A DNA stretch of 62,735 nt, the filler included. It is 5 parts of 5 records of this genome, joined end to end, with 100 filler letters (N's around TTAATTAATTAA, not from the genome) between each part and the next. Parts side by side here need not be neighbours in the genome. Positions count along the whole stretch, not along the records: positions 1 to 12,137 come from SRR20825006_793; 4 more parts are not named here. One strand, written 5' to 3'. The notes under the pieces were generated by a model, which was not told the origin of the DNA, searched no databases, and was given only the letters and a program-made list of their open reading frames with translations. How positions within the stretch are numbered: position 1 is the stretch's first letter; each line of letters opens with the position of its first letter. The position numbers were made by a program, and so were the translations under genes. Below are positions 1 through 11,024 of this stretch, in pieces.

Positions 1-248
1 AGGGTCACGCCACGCTTTTCGGCAAGGCGTCGCGCCTTTTCAAGACCGACAGGCGACGCATCGATCGAGGTCACCGCCAGGCCCTGTTCTGCCAGCCAGA
101 CGCCGTTGCGGCCCTCGCCATCGGCGACGGCCAGCGCATTGCTGTAACCAGCCAGCCGCTCGCGCTGCGACGCCAGAAAGGCATTGGGCGCCTCGCCGAA
201 TATATACTCGTCCGTATCGTAGCGTTCGTCCCAGAAGCTCACGGCCAT
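1..248 (-). CDS. class I SAM-dependent methyltransferase (TehB-like), 3' end cut by window start
   Basis: Manual translation from ATG at 248: MAVSFWDERYDTDEYIFGEAPNAFL...ALAVADGEGRNGVWLAEQGLAVTSIDAS; ADGEGRNG is a motif-I variant. Not in the ORF track. Confidence 0.8.
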   Translation of the reverse strand, partial: MAVSFWDERYDTDEYIFGEAPNAFLASQRERLAGYSNALAVADGEGRNGVWLAEQGLAVTSIDASPVGLEKARRLAEKRGVT

Positions 249-254
249 CGGCGC

Positions 255-3200
255 TCAATAGTCCTTTTCGAAGAACACGCCGACGCTGGAATTGCCGTCC
301 TGACCGGCCGAACCCTGGACAGTCAGGTCTTCGGTCACGTCGAGATTGATCGTCACCTTGGATTGGCCATTCGCGCCAACTGTCGCGCCGAGATAGACAT
401 TGTCCTGGATATAGGTGCCGGCCTGCACCCCGACATTGCCATCGTCATCGGTGACCACGTCGAGATCGGCAAGGCCCGCAGCGCCACGCAGACTTTCGAC
501 CAGCCCGCCGCCACCACCGCCGCCAACCAGTTCGGCCGCCGCCGCCGCCAGTTGCGCCAACTGGATCGGCGAAAGTTCGCCCATGGAGCGGTTGAAGATC
601 AGCCGGCTCAGCACCTCGTCCTGTGGCAGGGTCGGGTTGGACCTGAAACTGATATCGGGTGCCGAGGCGCGACCGGACAGAGTCACGAAGACCGTGATGC
701 CATCGCCCTCGGTGCGCGCCACGAAATTAAGCTGCGGGTCGAGATCGCCCACCAGGGTCACCGTGCCGGTTTCGAAGATGACCCGCTGCCCAAGAATGGA
801 CAGCCGGCCGCGCAGCAGGTTAAAGGCGCCGACAGGCTGGACGTTGCTGATCGAGCCGGTCAGGCGTACCGAACCGCCGACTTCCGCATCAAGACCGCGA
901 CCGCGGATGAAAATCTGGTTGGGTGCGTTGACATTGATATCAAGCTGCAATTGCGGCCCGCCACTGCCTGCCGCGACACCCGTGCGCTCATTGATCCGGG
1001 CCCGATCCAACGTCTGCTGCACATCAGCAGGGGTGCGCCTGTGCTCGACATCGATCAGCAGGGCACCGCCGCCCAGGCCCTCAGGTACGGTGATATTGGC
1101 CTGCTCGATCAGCACATTGCCCGCCAGCAGCGGTGCGCCAGTCAGATCGCCGGTCAGGTTGAGACCACCGGACAGGGTTGCGACGAACAGATCGCCATCG
1201 GCATAGCGGGCCGAATTGATCTGCACCGCCAGATTGACCGGCAGAGCTGGCGTCAGGCCGACCGTGCCCGACGCAGACACGTTGCCACCGGTCGCCAGAT
1301 TGGCCGTCAGGCTCTCGATATTGGCATTGGTGCCCGACAGCGCCACCCGCCCGGCAATGCCGGTAAGGCGCAGATTAAGCTCGGGATCGACATATTCGGC
1401 CCCATTCGTGGAGGCGCTTCCGGTAAATTGCGGGCTGCTGAGACTGCCGCCCACCCGCGCGTCGAAATTGACCGTGCCGGAGACGCGCGCGCCACGATCG
1501 GCCACGAAGCGATTGGCCAGCGACAGCGGCCCGGAGCCATTGAGCGCCACGGAAAGGCCATTGCCGGTCAGCGGCACCCGGCCGGACCCCGAAACGGCCA
1601 GCCCGCCGCTGCCATTGGCGCTGAGGCTATCGAGCGTCACCACCTCGTCAGCAAAGCTGCCCGAAGCGTTGAAGGTCAGCGGCGCAATGCCGAAAGGCGC
1701 GATGGCGCTGGCGCCGATACCGCCGCCCCGTGCCTCGAAGGACACCTGCGGATCGTCGGCCGGCCCTGACACCACGGCGCGGCCATTGAGCGTGCCGGAC
1801 AGACCCAGATCGGGCGCCACGGCATTGGCAATTGAAAGCGGCAGCTCGGCAATATCGATCACCATGTCGAGCGCCTGCCCGGCTGTACCGGTCGCCGTGA
1901 TGCTGCCCGAGCCGACATTAAAGCGCAGCGCGTCCAGCGAGACGCTTTCGCCCTGCACCATCAGCACCGCCGGATTGGCAAGGCGCGCCGCCAGGCTCCC
2001 CTGTTCCAGATTGGCGCGATCCAGCGCCAGGCGGTATCCGCCATCCACCGGGTTCAGCGCACCGGCGAGATCAAGATCGGTGCCGGTAGCAAGGCTCGCC
2101 TGCGCATCAAAGCTCGTGGTGTCACCCGATTGTCTGGCGCGCGCACTCAGCGTGTCGACCACGACGCCGCCAGCGACGACATTGCCCGCCGTTGCGGTGC
2201 CATTGACCACCGGAACCCCGAACAGGTCCGAAATGCCGGCGGTGATTTCGGCCCGACCCACAGAGATGTCGTTGATCCGCAGACCGGCGACACTGGCCGT
2301 CACGCCGGCCCCCTGTTCGCCATCCTGCGGGGTCAGTTCAATGGCGGCATTGACCGCGCCCGACGCATCGGCCAGCAGCAGTGCCGCGGCCAGCGAAACA
2401 TCATTGGCGGCAACGTCCAGCCGTCCGTCGATAAGGCCGGTTTCCACCATGCGCGTCAGATCGCCGGAAATCCGCGTGCCGGCAATTTCAAAGGCAATAT
2501 CGGTCAGTGCCTGCAGTTCTGCGTCGGTCTCGAAATGCGTATCCAGCGTAGCGCGATAGCCATCCAGCATAGCAACGCCCGTAACGTCGCCATTGATCGC
2601 GCCATCAAGCAGGGTTGCGGCCACACCCAGCTTGGCATCGCGCAGGGTATAGTCGCCCAAGGTGCCGCTCGGCACCTGTCCGTCCAGCATCAACACCAGC
2701 GGCTCTTCAGGCGCCGTCAATCGTGCCGAGCCCCGCGCCGCCATCGCGCCGCTGGCCTCCTCGGAAATCAGCCCCAGATCGGTCAGATCGAGCGCGATGT
2801 TGAAATCGGCGGCGTCACTGGCATAGACGCCATCGGCGCTGAACTGCACCTGATTATTGGCAATCAGGAAATCATCGGCCGAAATGCCCGCCTCGGTGCG
2901 CGCCAACCGGCCCGACAGGTCGACCCGGCCTGCGAGCAGGGCATCGGCAGCCGGGTCATCAATCCGCAAATCCGTACCGGTCCCGTCGAACACCAGGTCG
3001 AACCCACCCGTGAGCGGGAATATCTGTCCGTCCGCTGTCAGCTCAAGGCCGCCGGAAAGAGAGCGCCCGGCCAGCGCAGAAAATGGAGCAATGCTGTCCG
3101 TCGCCAGCCGGATCTGCCCGTCGAAATCGGTACCGTCGATCTCACCGGCCATGGCCGCAGTCAGCGCCTGACCCACCACCCGCAATTCGGCGAGCTCAAT

Positions 3201-4592
3201 CGGTTCACCCGCATTCCACAGCCCGGCAATGCCCAACCCGACCGAAGTGCCCAGCGCCGCCTCGACGCCCGGATCGGCGGCGATGCCGGACAAGGCGCCG
3301 TCGCCATTGAAGGTCACCATGCGACTGGCCGGATCTTCGAGATTGCGCGCAACCCCGCCTATGCCCAGACCGAAGGTCTGCGCATCAAAGCCGTCGGTCT
3401 CCAGCCCCTCGACATCGAGCCGCGCCTGCCACTGGTCACTGGCCTCGGTGCCGAAGGACACCCGAAGCTGTCCGCCCTGCACCAGGGTCGAGCTGCCGGG
3501 CACCGGCAGCGTCACCTTGTCCCCGTCGGGATCGGCAATGGTCGCCGTCAGGTCGAGCAGGCTGACAAAATTGTCTGCCGTGGTCTGGGCGCGGGCCGTC
3601 AACCCCAGCTGCCCGCCACTCAGCGTCAGATTGGAAATGTCGATGCCGCCGGCGCTCCTGACCAGTGCGCTGGTCGTCAGCCGGGTCTCGGCACCGAAAA
3701 AGTCGCGATAGGGTTGTGCCACCAGGGTCGAAAGCGGCCCGCCCAGATTGGCGTTGATAGCAAAGCCATCGGCCTGCTGCGCAATGGTGGCCGTACCGGC
3801 CAGGGCGGTCTGGTCATTGGCGAGCAATTGCATCTGCGTGGTGAGATCGGCAACCGGCCCCTCGCCGTCCAGCGTCAGCGTCATGGCCGGGCGATCCTGG
3901 ATATTCAGCAGGTTCGCCAACACCCCATTGGGCGGCTCGACCAGCGACAGGCCCAGATCGATGGTGCTGCCCTCACGCCGATAGACCACATCAAGGTCCA
4001 GCGTACCGCCCGGCCCATCGAGCCGCTCGATATCGAGCACCGCATCCAGATTGCCGCCTTCCAGCGTCATCGAGCCATTGAGCGCAATTTCCGACCCGAG
4101 CCCGAACACGCCCTCCCCGAAGGTCACGCTGGGCACGGCCAGTTCGCCGATCTGGATGGCGACGGGAAACTCCGGAATGTCCAGCGCTCCGGCCTCGGGC
4201 GGCGGCAAGTCAACCGCGCCTTCGACCGGAATGGCATTGCGAATGTAGTCGATGGACTCGGCGCGCAGCGAATTGACCTCGAGCCGCCCGCCGAACAAGG
4301 CCGCCTGGTTCCAGTTGAGGCTGGCATTGTTGACGCGCAACCAGACCCCTTCGGCGTCGGAAATGGTGATCTCGCGGATCGAGACATCCGACCCCAGGAT
4401 GCCGTCAATATTGGACAGGCGGATTTGCCGCTCCGGCGTCGAAAGCTGGCCTTCGACAAAGCCGGTCAGGAAGTCCTTCTGCTCCTCATTGTTCATGTCC
4501 TGCGCCACCAGCGCCACCGGCACGGCGGCCGGTGCCAGCAGCAGTGCAGCGATCATCAGACGGCGGCGGTTCGTTGCGGAAAGCTTGACCAT
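255..4592 (-). CDS. tamB: translocation and assembly module protein TamB
   Basis: 1445 aa Gly-rich beta-taco-like protein with an N-terminal anchor and DUF490-type C-terminus (IFIRGRGLDAEVGG, LPQDEVLSRLIF); directly downstream of tamA. Confidence 0.9.
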   Translation of the reverse strand: MVKLSATNRRRLMIAALLLAPAAVPVALVAQDMNNEEQKDFLTGFVEGQLSTPERQIRLSNIDGILGSDVSIREITISDAEGVWLRVNNASLNWNQAALFGGRLEVNSLRAESIDYIRNAIPVEGAVDLPPPEAGALDIPEFPVAIQIGELAVPSVTFGEGVFGLGSEIALNGSMTLEGGNLDAVLDIERLDGPGGTLDLDVVYRREGSTIDLGLSLVEPPNGVLANLLNIQDRPAMTLTLDGEGPVADLTTQMQLLANDQTALAGTATIAQQADGFAINANLGGPLSTLVAQPYRDFFGAETRLTTSALVRSAGGIDISNLTLSGGQLGLTARAQTTADNFVSLLDLTATIADPDGDKVTLPVPGSSTLVQGGQLRVSFGTEASDQWQARLDVEGLETDGFDAQTFGLGIGGVARNLEDPASRMVTFNGDGALSGIAADPGVEAALGTSVGLGIAGLWNAGEPIELAELRVVGQALTAAMAGEIDGTDFDGQIRLATDSIAPFSALAGRSLSGGLELTADGQIFPLTGGFDLVFDGTGTDLRIDDPAADALLAGRVDLSGRLARTEAGISADDFLIANNQVQFSADGVYASDAADFNIALDLTDLGLISEEASGAMAARGSARLTAPEEPLVLMLDGQVPSGTLGDYTLRDAKLGVAATLLDGAINGDVTGVAMLDGYRATLDTHFETDAELQALTDIAFEIAGTRISGDLTRMVETGLIDGRLDVAANDVSLAAALLLADASGAVNAAIELTPQDGEQGAGVTASVAGLRINDISVGRAEITAGISDLFGVPVVNGTATAGNVVAGGVVVDTLSARARQSGDTTSFDAQASLATGTDLDLAGALNPVDGGYRLALDRANLEQGSLAARLANPAVLMVQGESVSLDALRFNVGSGSITATGTAGQALDMVIDIAELPLSIANAVAPDLGLSGTLNGRAVVSGPADDPQVSFEARGGGIGASAIAPFGIAPLTFNASGSFADEVVTLDSLSANGSGGLAVSGSGRVPLTGNGLSVALNGSGPLSLANRFVADRGARVSGTVNFDARVGGSLSSPQFTGSASTNGAEYVDPELNLRLTGIAGRVALSGTNANIESLTANLATGGNVSASGTVGLTPALPVNLAVQINSARYADGDLFVATLSGGLNLTGDLTGAPLLAGNVLIEQANITVPEGLGGGALLIDVEHRRTPADVQQTLDRARINERTGVAAGSGGPQLQLDINVNAPNQIFIRGRGLDAEVGGSVRLTGSISNVQPVGAFNLLRGRLSILGQRVIFETGTVTLVGDLDPQLNFVARTEGDGITVFVTLSGRASAPDISFRSNPTLPQDEVLSRLIFNRSMGELSPIQLAQLAAAAAELVGGGGGGGLVESLRGAAGLADLDVVTDDDGNVGVQAGTYIQDNVYLGATVGANGQSKVTINLDVTEDLTVQGSAGQDGNSSVGVFFEKDY

Positions 4593-6472
4593 CAGAACGC
4601 CTGCCCAATACCGGCATAGATCGCATAGTCCGGATCGCCCGCCTTGCGGTTCAGTGGCACGGCCACATCAAGCCGCAAGGGCCCCAGACCCGTGTAATAG
4701 CGCAGGCCAACACCGGCCCCAACCCGCAGGTCGTCAAGACCCGGGAAGGTGTCGGCCGCCACATAGCCGCCATCGACAAAGCCGACCACGCCAATATCGT
4801 CGGTCACCTTGGCCCGCGCCTCGAGTGAGCCTTCGAGCAGATAGCGGCCACCGGTAATGTTCCCCATCCCGTCATCGACGCCGATGGACTTGAAGCCATA
4901 GCCGCGCACCGAGCCGCCGCCCCCGGCAAAGAACAGCTTGTCGGGCGGAATATCGACGAGTGCCGGGCCGACAACCGCACCGGCCTTGAGCCGCCCGGCC
5001 AGCACGAAGGGATCATTCTCGCCAAAGCCGAAATAGGTGCGACCCTCGACGACGAGCCGCCCGCCCGGCGTGCCGCCCAAAAGATCGAAGAAGGGCTCGA
5101 TATTGGCCGAGGCGTACCAGCCTTCGGTGGGATCAACGCTGCTGTCGCGGCCATCATAGACCAGGCCGGCATAGAGCCCCGCCGTCTGGAAGTCGCGGGT
5201 GCCGAAACTATCGTCAAACCGTGCGATTTCGAAACTGGCGCCGCCCTCGAAGGTCAGCTCATCGGAAAAGAACCAGCTCAGCCCGACTTTGCCGCCCGCC
5301 GAGGTTTCCGTGTATTTCGGATAGATGGTCCGCTCGGCCGAGACCGTGGCCACCAGATCCACATCGGGGTGATAGAAGCCCGGCTTGGTGAAGGTGCCAC
5401 CGATAAAATAATCGAACTGGGCGGTGTCGAGCGGCCAGGCAATGCTGGCAACGCGCGCATCAAGCCGCAGCCGCTCGGCCTGCCCGAACAGATTGCGCCA
5501 AAGGTGGTATCCTTCGAGCCCCAGCCCGTCGACCGTCGAGAAGGTTGCGCCCAGGCCAAACCGGCGCCCGGGCAATTCTTCCACGATCAGGTCATAGGGC
5601 AGCAGGCCGTCACTACCGATGCTCTCAGCAGCTTCCAGGCGCGCCGCGCGGAACACTTCGAGCCGGTCGAGGCGCTTCTGCGCACGGTCCAGGTCGTCGG
5701 GGTCATATTCCTGCCCCACGGCCAGGCCGGTCTGCTGAGCCACAAATTCTGGGTTCATATTGGTCGTACCGGTGACTCGCACCGGGCCGAAGGCCGCCAG
5801 GCGGCCCGGATTGACAGTGATCGTCGCCGCCACCGTATTGGTGGCATGGTCGGCAACCACATCGCGCGACACAATCTCGGCCTTGGCATAGCCCTGCTGC
5901 CGCCAGGCCTCCAGCGCCAATTGCTCGGCCCTCAGGATCACAGCCGAACGCGCCACCTGCCCCACGCCGAAGCCGCGCAACGCTGGCGGGTCGACCTGGT
6001 CATAGGGATCAAGCGTCGGCGCTGCCTGGTTGACGATCACCACATCGCCAAAGCGGAACAGCGGCCCGGCCGTCACCGCGATGGTGACATCGACCGGGTC
6101 CGGCAGGCTGGTATCGGGCGCCAGACTTGAGGCTTCGCGGCCGCCAATACGAATGCTGAGCGCGCCGCCATAATGGCCTTCGCCGTAAAGCGCGGCCAAC
6201 AGGCGCCGATAATCACCCCGCGCCTTGGCGATCAGTCCGGCCGCGCCCGAAGCCGGCTCCGCCTCGTCGGCCAGCAATGCCGAGGCATTGCGCAGCGCCG
6301 CTTCAACAGCCCCGCCCTCGCTGGAGGTGAAGGTCACGAAATAGGGTTGCGGATCGACGATCACCGCATCGGCATCGGTTTCCGACGGATCCTCGAAAAA
6401 TGTGAAGCCAAAGAGCTCGAAACCCACAGCAGGCATCGCCGCCGTGGCCGACAGGGCCATGGCGATGCACAA
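4592..6472 (-). CDS. tamA: autotransporter assembly factor TamA (Omp85 family)
   Basis: POTRA region plus Omp85 barrel motifs FFAGGGGSVRGY and GLRYYTGLGPLRLD, ending YAGIGQAF. Start uncertain. Confidence 0.9.
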   Translation of the reverse strand: MCIAMALSATAAMPAVGFELFGFTFFEDPSETDADAVIVDPQPYFVTFTSSEGGAVEAALRNASALLADEAEPASGAAGLIAKARGDYRRLLAALYGEGHYGGALSIRIGGREASSLAPDTSLPDPVDVTIAVTAGPLFRFGDVVIVNQAAPTLDPYDQVDPPALRGFGVGQVARSAVILRAEQLALEAWRQQGYAKAEIVSRDVVADHATNTVAATITVNPGRLAAFGPVRVTGTTNMNPEFVAQQTGLAVGQEYDPDDLDRAQKRLDRLEVFRAARLEAAESIGSDGLLPYDLIVEELPGRRFGLGATFSTVDGLGLEGYHLWRNLFGQAERLRLDARVASIAWPLDTAQFDYFIGGTFTKPGFYHPDVDLVATVSAERTIYPKYTETSAGGKVGLSWFFSDELTFEGGASFEIARFDDSFGTRDFQTAGLYAGLVYDGRDSSVDPTEGWYASANIEPFFDLLGGTPGGRLVVEGRTYFGFGENDPFVLAGRLKAGAVVGPALVDIPPDKLFFAGGGGSVRGYGFKSIGVDDGMGNITGGRYLLEGSLEARAKVTDDIGVVGFVDGGYVAADTFPGLDDLRVGAGVGLRYYTGLGPLRLDVAVPLNRKAGDPDYAIYAGIGQAF

Positions 6473-6824
6473 GGCGCCAATACTCGTTACCAGACGCGCG
6501 CTTTGCAGTGGTCTATCCCGCCCTTTTACGCTTCAACCAAACCGGGCTGAAACCAAGATTGCCGCATGGACGGAAAGATTGCGTTAATCCTTCCCCGCCC
6601 TCTTCCGCCTCCGCCCAAAAGGCGAAGATTTCGTGGCGAGTTTAGGGCCAGCAGCGTCCAGCGAACAGCCTTTGCATTGAATTTGTTCGATTTTGATCGC
6701 CGGGGCGTGGCAATGGCGCAACGCTTCGAGCCGTACCGCAGGGCCAATCATGCCAGTGGCATGATTGGAGGTGAGAAGGCCAAGAGAGCTATGCTCGATT
6801 GGCTCGATATCGAGGTACCAAGCC

Positions 6825-8825
6825 CTACTCCCGTGCCAACGCCTCGACCGGATCGAGCCGCGCCGCCGAACGCGCCGGCATGAAGCCGAACACCACCCCG
6901 ATGACACTGGCCGAGATGATCGCCAGCACGATCGACTCGGTGGAATAGGCCAGCCGGGCGCCCGAAACGATTGCCGTCAGCCCCTGGCCCAGCGCAAAGC
7001 TCAGCGCCACGCCGGCAGCGCCACCGGCAAAGCACACCAGGATCGCCTCGATCAGGAATTGCCGCATGATATCGCTGCGGCGCGCGCCCACGGCCATGCG
7101 GATGCCGATCTCCTTGGTACGCTCACTGACCGACACCAGCATGATGTTCATCACCCCGATGCCACCGACGACCAGCGATATCACCGCAATGGTGGAGATC
7201 AGGATGGACAGCGTCGCCGATGTCGACTGGATGGTCTCGCGGATCGTGTCGGTATTTTGCAGGAAGAAATCCTGTGTACCGCCATGCAGCCGCGTCAGCA
7301 GTTCGGTGATTTCCACCTCGGCCTGCGCCGTATCATAGTCATCTGCAATCCGCACGGCGATGGAATTGAGATAGCTCTGGCCCAGAATACGGCTCATTGC
7401 CGAAGTATAGGGCACATAGACATTAGCATTGTCACCGCCGCGCCCGAAGCCCGAACTGGCCTCCACCACCCCAATGACCCGCACCGGCACCTTGCCCAGC
7501 ATGATGACTTCACCAATCGGATTCTCCCCATTGGTGAAGATGGAATCCACCGCGTTCTGGTCGATCACCGCTTCCTGGGCCATGACGGTGACACTGTCCT
7601 CGCCAAAGCCGGAACCGGCGGTGAAGGTGCGGCCATTGACCTGGAAATAATCCGCGCCAACGCCGGTCACCGAGGCATTTGTCGCCGTATTGCGATAAAG
7701 CGCGGTGGCATTGGCGCTGACCTGTGGCGTCACGCTATCGGCATAGTCCTGTTCGGCCAGCGCCTCGGCATCGGTCGGCCGCAGCGTCCGCACCCGCCCC
7801 GAACGCACGTCGCCAAAGCCGGAGCCGGGATAGACATTGATAGTATTGGTGCCAATGGAGGAAATATTCTCCAGCACGGTCTGCTGGCTCCCCTGCCCGA
7901 GCGCCACCACCGCCACCACCGAGGCAATGCCGATGATGATGCCGAGCATGGTCAGGAACGTCCTGAGCTTGTGCGCGCCCATGGCCCGCAAGGCCATACG
8001 CAGGGCTTCACCCATGCGGTCCAGCCCGCGCCGCCAGCTTGCCGCGGCCTTCATCTCTGTCTCGGCCTTTTCCACCCGGCGCGGCTCGACATTGTGCCGG
8101 TCCGCTATGATCTCGCCATCGGCGATTTCAATGACCCGTTCAGCCTGCGCGGCAATCTGCGGGTCGTGCGTGACCAGGATTATGGTGTGCCCGTCGGCAT
8201 GCAACTCCTTGAGCAGAGCCATCAGTTCCTTGCCCGAGCGCGAATCGAGCGCGCCGGTGGGCTCATCCGCCAGAATGACCTCGCCACCATTCATCAGCGC
8301 CCGCGCCACGCTGACGCGCTGCTGCTGGCCGCCCGAAAGCGCATTGGGGCGATGGTCAAGACGATCGCCCAGCCCCAGCCGGGTCAGAAGGGCAACGGCC
8401 CGTTTGCGCCGCGCGGCCGCATCGACACCGGCATAAACCGCAGGCACCTCGACATTTTCCACAGCGTCGAGATCGGGCAGCAATTGATAGCGCTGGAAGA
8501 TGAAGCCGAAATGTTCGCGCCTGAGCGCGGCCAGCGCATCGGCATCGAGCTTGCTCACATCCTTGCCGGCAAAATGGTAAGAGCCTTCGCTCGCACGATC
8601 CAGGCAACCAAGGATGTTCATCAGTGTCGACTTGCCCGACCCGGACTGGCCGATGATTGCGACCATTTCGCCGCGATGAATATCGAGATCGACGCCCTTG
8701 AGCACGGCCACCGATTCCGGGCCAGCCTGGAAGCGCCGGACGAGGCCCCTGATCGCGATGATCGGCGTTCCCGCGTCGACCGGCTTGGCGCCCATCGTGT
8801 CGGTGTTGCTGAGGGGACGGTTCAT
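6825..8825 (-). CDS. macB: MacB-family ABC transporter (ATPase-permease fusion)
   Basis: Walker A GQSGSGKS, LSGGQQQR, DEPTGALD, followed by FtsX-type permease (ERTKEIGIRMAVGA, LDPVEALARE). Confidence 0.92.
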   Translation of the reverse strand: MNRPLSNTDTMGAKPVDAGTPIIAIRGLVRRFQAGPESVAVLKGVDLDIHRGEMVAIIGQSGSGKSTLMNILGCLDRASEGSYHFAGKDVSKLDADALAALRREHFGFIFQRYQLLPDLDAVENVEVPAVYAGVDAAARRKRAVALLTRLGLGDRLDHRPNALSGGQQQRVSVARALMNGGEVILADEPTGALDSRSGKELMALLKELHADGHTIILVTHDPQIAAQAERVIEIADGEIIADRHNVEPRRVEKAETEMKAAASWRRGLDRMGEALRMALRAMGAHKLRTFLTMLGIIIGIASVVAVVALGQGSQQTVLENISSIGTNTINVYPGSGFGDVRSGRVRTLRPTDAEALAEQDYADSVTPQVSANATALYRNTATNASVTGVGADYFQVNGRTFTAGSGFGEDSVTVMAQEAVIDQNAVDSIFTNGENPIGEVIMLGKVPVRVIGVVEASSGFGRGGDNANVYVPYTSAMSRILGQSYLNSIAVRIADDYDTAQAEVEITELLTRLHGGTQDFFLQNTDTIRETIQSTSATLSILISTIAVISLVVGGIGVMNIMLVSVSERTKEIGIRMAVGARRSDIMRQFLIEAILVCFAGGAAGVALSFALGQGLTAIVSGARLAYSTESIVLAIISASVIGVVFGFMPARSAARLDPVEALARE

Positions 8826-8832
8826 GACCCGC

Positions 8833-10029
8833 CTAGCCCCCGCGCCGCATCATCATCGGCCCGCCAAAGCCGCCACGGCCACCCGGCCCATCCGAATTGC
8901 TCAGGCGCGCGCCGGTCGCGTTGACGACAAGGTCGCCTTCTTCGAGGCCGGAAACGATCTCGGCATTGATGTTGTTGTTGAGCCCCACTTCGATGCGCGC
9001 CGGGCGCATTTCCTCACTGTCCGGGTCATAGACCGTGACCATGGTGGCTCCATCGGGCCCCTGCCTGGTGACCAGGCTCGAAGGCAGGGACAGCACATCG
9101 CGCGCCTCGGCAAGCACAATGGTCACCGATGCGGTCATGGAAATGCGCAGCCGGTGATCGGCATTGGGCACCTCGAACAGCCCATTGTAATAGACCGCGC
9201 TGCCGGAACTGGATGCTTCATCGGCAATGGAGGTCGGCGCCGGCTCGATCTCGCGCAGTGTCGCTTCGATGCGCTGGTCCGGCTCGCCCAGAATGGTGAA
9301 ATAGACTTTCTGCCCGGCGCTCACCTTGACCACATCGGCTTCCGAAATCTCGGCCTTGATGACCATGGTGTCCAGATTGGCGATCTTGGCGATGGTTGGC
9401 GTGGCCGAGTTGGCATTGAGCGTCTGCCCTTCCTCCACCAGAAGCGCCACCACGGTACCATTGGCCGGCGCCACAATCTGCGTGCGCGCCAGATCGAGTT
9501 CGGCGGACTCCACCGTCAGTTCCGCCTGGTCGATCTGAGCGTCGAGCTGGTCGATCTGCGCCCTGGCCTGATCCACGGCGGACTGGGCCGTTTCCAGCGC
9601 CGTCTGCGAGACGAGGCTATTGGCGCTCAATTGCTGCTGCCGCGTCAAAGCGGCTTCGGCCTGGGCCAGAATGGCTTCCTGGTTGCGCCGTTGCGCCTGA
9701 ATGCCGGCAAGCGCCGCTTCAGCCGATTTCACCGCATTTTCCTGGTTCAGGCTGTCGATCTCGGCGATCAGATCGCCCCTGGAAACATCATCGCCCAGCG
9801 CCACATGCACCGCCTTGATGCTGCCCGACACTTCCGCGCCCACGCTGACCAGGGCACTCGCTTCCAGCACACCCGAGGCCAGCACGGTGGTTTCAATATC
9901 CCCGCGCCCGACCGTGACGGTATCCGGCGTGGTGCTGGCCTGTGTCGGGGCCAGGAAATACCACCAGCCCGCCGCAGCACCACCGCCCAGGACGATCAGA
10001 ACAAGCAGGAAATTGACAAAGCGCTTCAT
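8833..10029 (-). CDS. macA: MacA-family periplasmic adaptor (membrane fusion protein)
   Basis: N-terminal TM, lipoyl/hairpin MFP motifs (VGAEVSG, IVAPANGTV); 7 bp upstream of macB. ATG at 10029 preferred. Confidence 0.88.
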   Translation of the reverse strand: MKRFVNFLLVLIVLGGGAAAGWWYFLAPTQASTTPDTVTVGRGDIETTVLASGVLEASALVSVGAEVSGSIKAVHVALGDDVSRGDLIAEIDSLNQENAVKSAEAALAGIQAQRRNQEAILAQAEAALTRQQQLSANSLVSQTALETAQSAVDQARAQIDQLDAQIDQAELTVESAELDLARTQIVAPANGTVVALLVEEGQTLNANSATPTIAKIANLDTMVIKAEISEADVVKVSAGQKVYFTILGEPDQRIEATLREIEPAPTSIADEASSSGSAVYYNGLFEVPNADHRLRISMTASVTIVLAEARDVLSLPSSLVTRQGPDGATMVTVYDPDSEEMRPARIEVGLNNNINAEIVSGLEEGDLVVNATGARLSNSDGPGGRGGFGGPMMMRRGG

Positions 10030-10199
10030 GGCTCGGAACGGCCTCAATAAATTCAGTATCAGGTTTCCATACGCCCAATAGGTGGCAAATTCACGTTAGC
10101 ACTGGGTAAGACGCATTAAACTTTGGAAATGTTGACGCGAACAGGAAGTGCGGTCCACCCTGCACGCGAACTGTTGACCACTTCCCTTCAGGACCCATC

Positions 10200-10976
10200 A
10201 TGTATTCGCTGCTCGATCCCAGCCGCTTTGTTGTCTTCATCACCGGCGCCACCTCCGGTTTCGGCGCCGCCGCTGCTCGCCGCTATGTCGCCGCGGGCGG
10301 CAAGGTGATCGCGACCGGTCGCCGCGAGGACCGCCTGCTGACGCTGCGCGACGAACTTGGCCATGACAACTGCCACATCATTCCGCTCGATGTGCGCGAC
10401 CGCGCCGCCATGGAAGCGGCCATCGCCGCCATTCCCGCGCCCTTCGATGCGATCAATATCGTACTGGCCAATGCCGGGCTGGCCCTGGGCCTGCAGCCGG
10501 CCGCCGAGACGGATCTGAATGACTGGGAGACCATGATCGACACCAATATCAAGGGTCTGGTCTATACCGTGCGCCTGCTTTTGCCCCGGCTCATCTCCCG
10601 CGGCGGCGGCCATGTGGTGACCCTGGGATCGGTCGCGGGCGAATATGCCTATCCCGGCGGCTCGGTCTATGCGGCCTCAAAGGCCTTCGTGAAGCATTTT
10701 GCCCTCGCCATCCGCTCGGACCTGCAGGGCAAGAATGTGCGCGTCACCGATATCGAACCGGGACTGACCGAGACCGAATTTTCCGTGGTCCGCTTCAAGG
10801 GCGACGCGGACAAGGCGGGCAATGTCTATGCCAACACCAAGGCCATGACTGCCGAGGACATCGCCGAGTCCATCTTCTGGGCCACCTCGCTCCCCGAACA
10901 CGTCAACGTCAACAAGATCCAGCTCATGGCCACCACCCAGGCCATCGGACCGTTCGACATCTATCGCGAGGGCTGA
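10200..10976 (+). CDS. YdfG-like short-chain dehydrogenase/reductase
   Basis: TGATSGFG, NAGLALG, catalytic YAASK, IEPGLTETEFS. Confidence 0.88.
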   Translation: MYSLLDPSRFVVFITGATSGFGAAAARRYVAAGGKVIATGRREDRLLTLRDELGHDNCHIIPLDVRDRAAMEAAIAAIPAPFDAINIVLANAGLALGLQPAAETDLNDWETMIDTNIKGLVYTVRLLLPRLISRGGGHVVTLGSVAGEYAYPGGSVYAASKAFVKHFALAIRSDLQGKNVRVTDIEPGLTETEFSVVRFKGDADKAGNVYANTKAMTAEDIAESIFWATSLPEHVNVNKIQLMATTQAIGPFDIYREG

Positions 10977-11024
10977 CAGCCGCCGGGCGAAAGGGCAGTA
11001 TGGCGCCCTCAATGGAGGGTTCCC

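Noticed and set aside
40-258. 72-aa minus-strand ORF from the track
   Set aside because: Wrong frame; the methyltransferase frame starting at 248 has recognisable motifs.
6473-6824. Small ORFs between tamA and macB
   Set aside because: No motif or convincing RBS, and overlapping alternatives on both strands; likely the tamA promoter region.
363-10050. Long plus-strand ORFs (363-1769, 2130-4619, 6765-8924, 8698-10050) and similar ones elsewhere
   Set aside because: Antisense shadows of real high-GC genes; no motifs and atypical composition.
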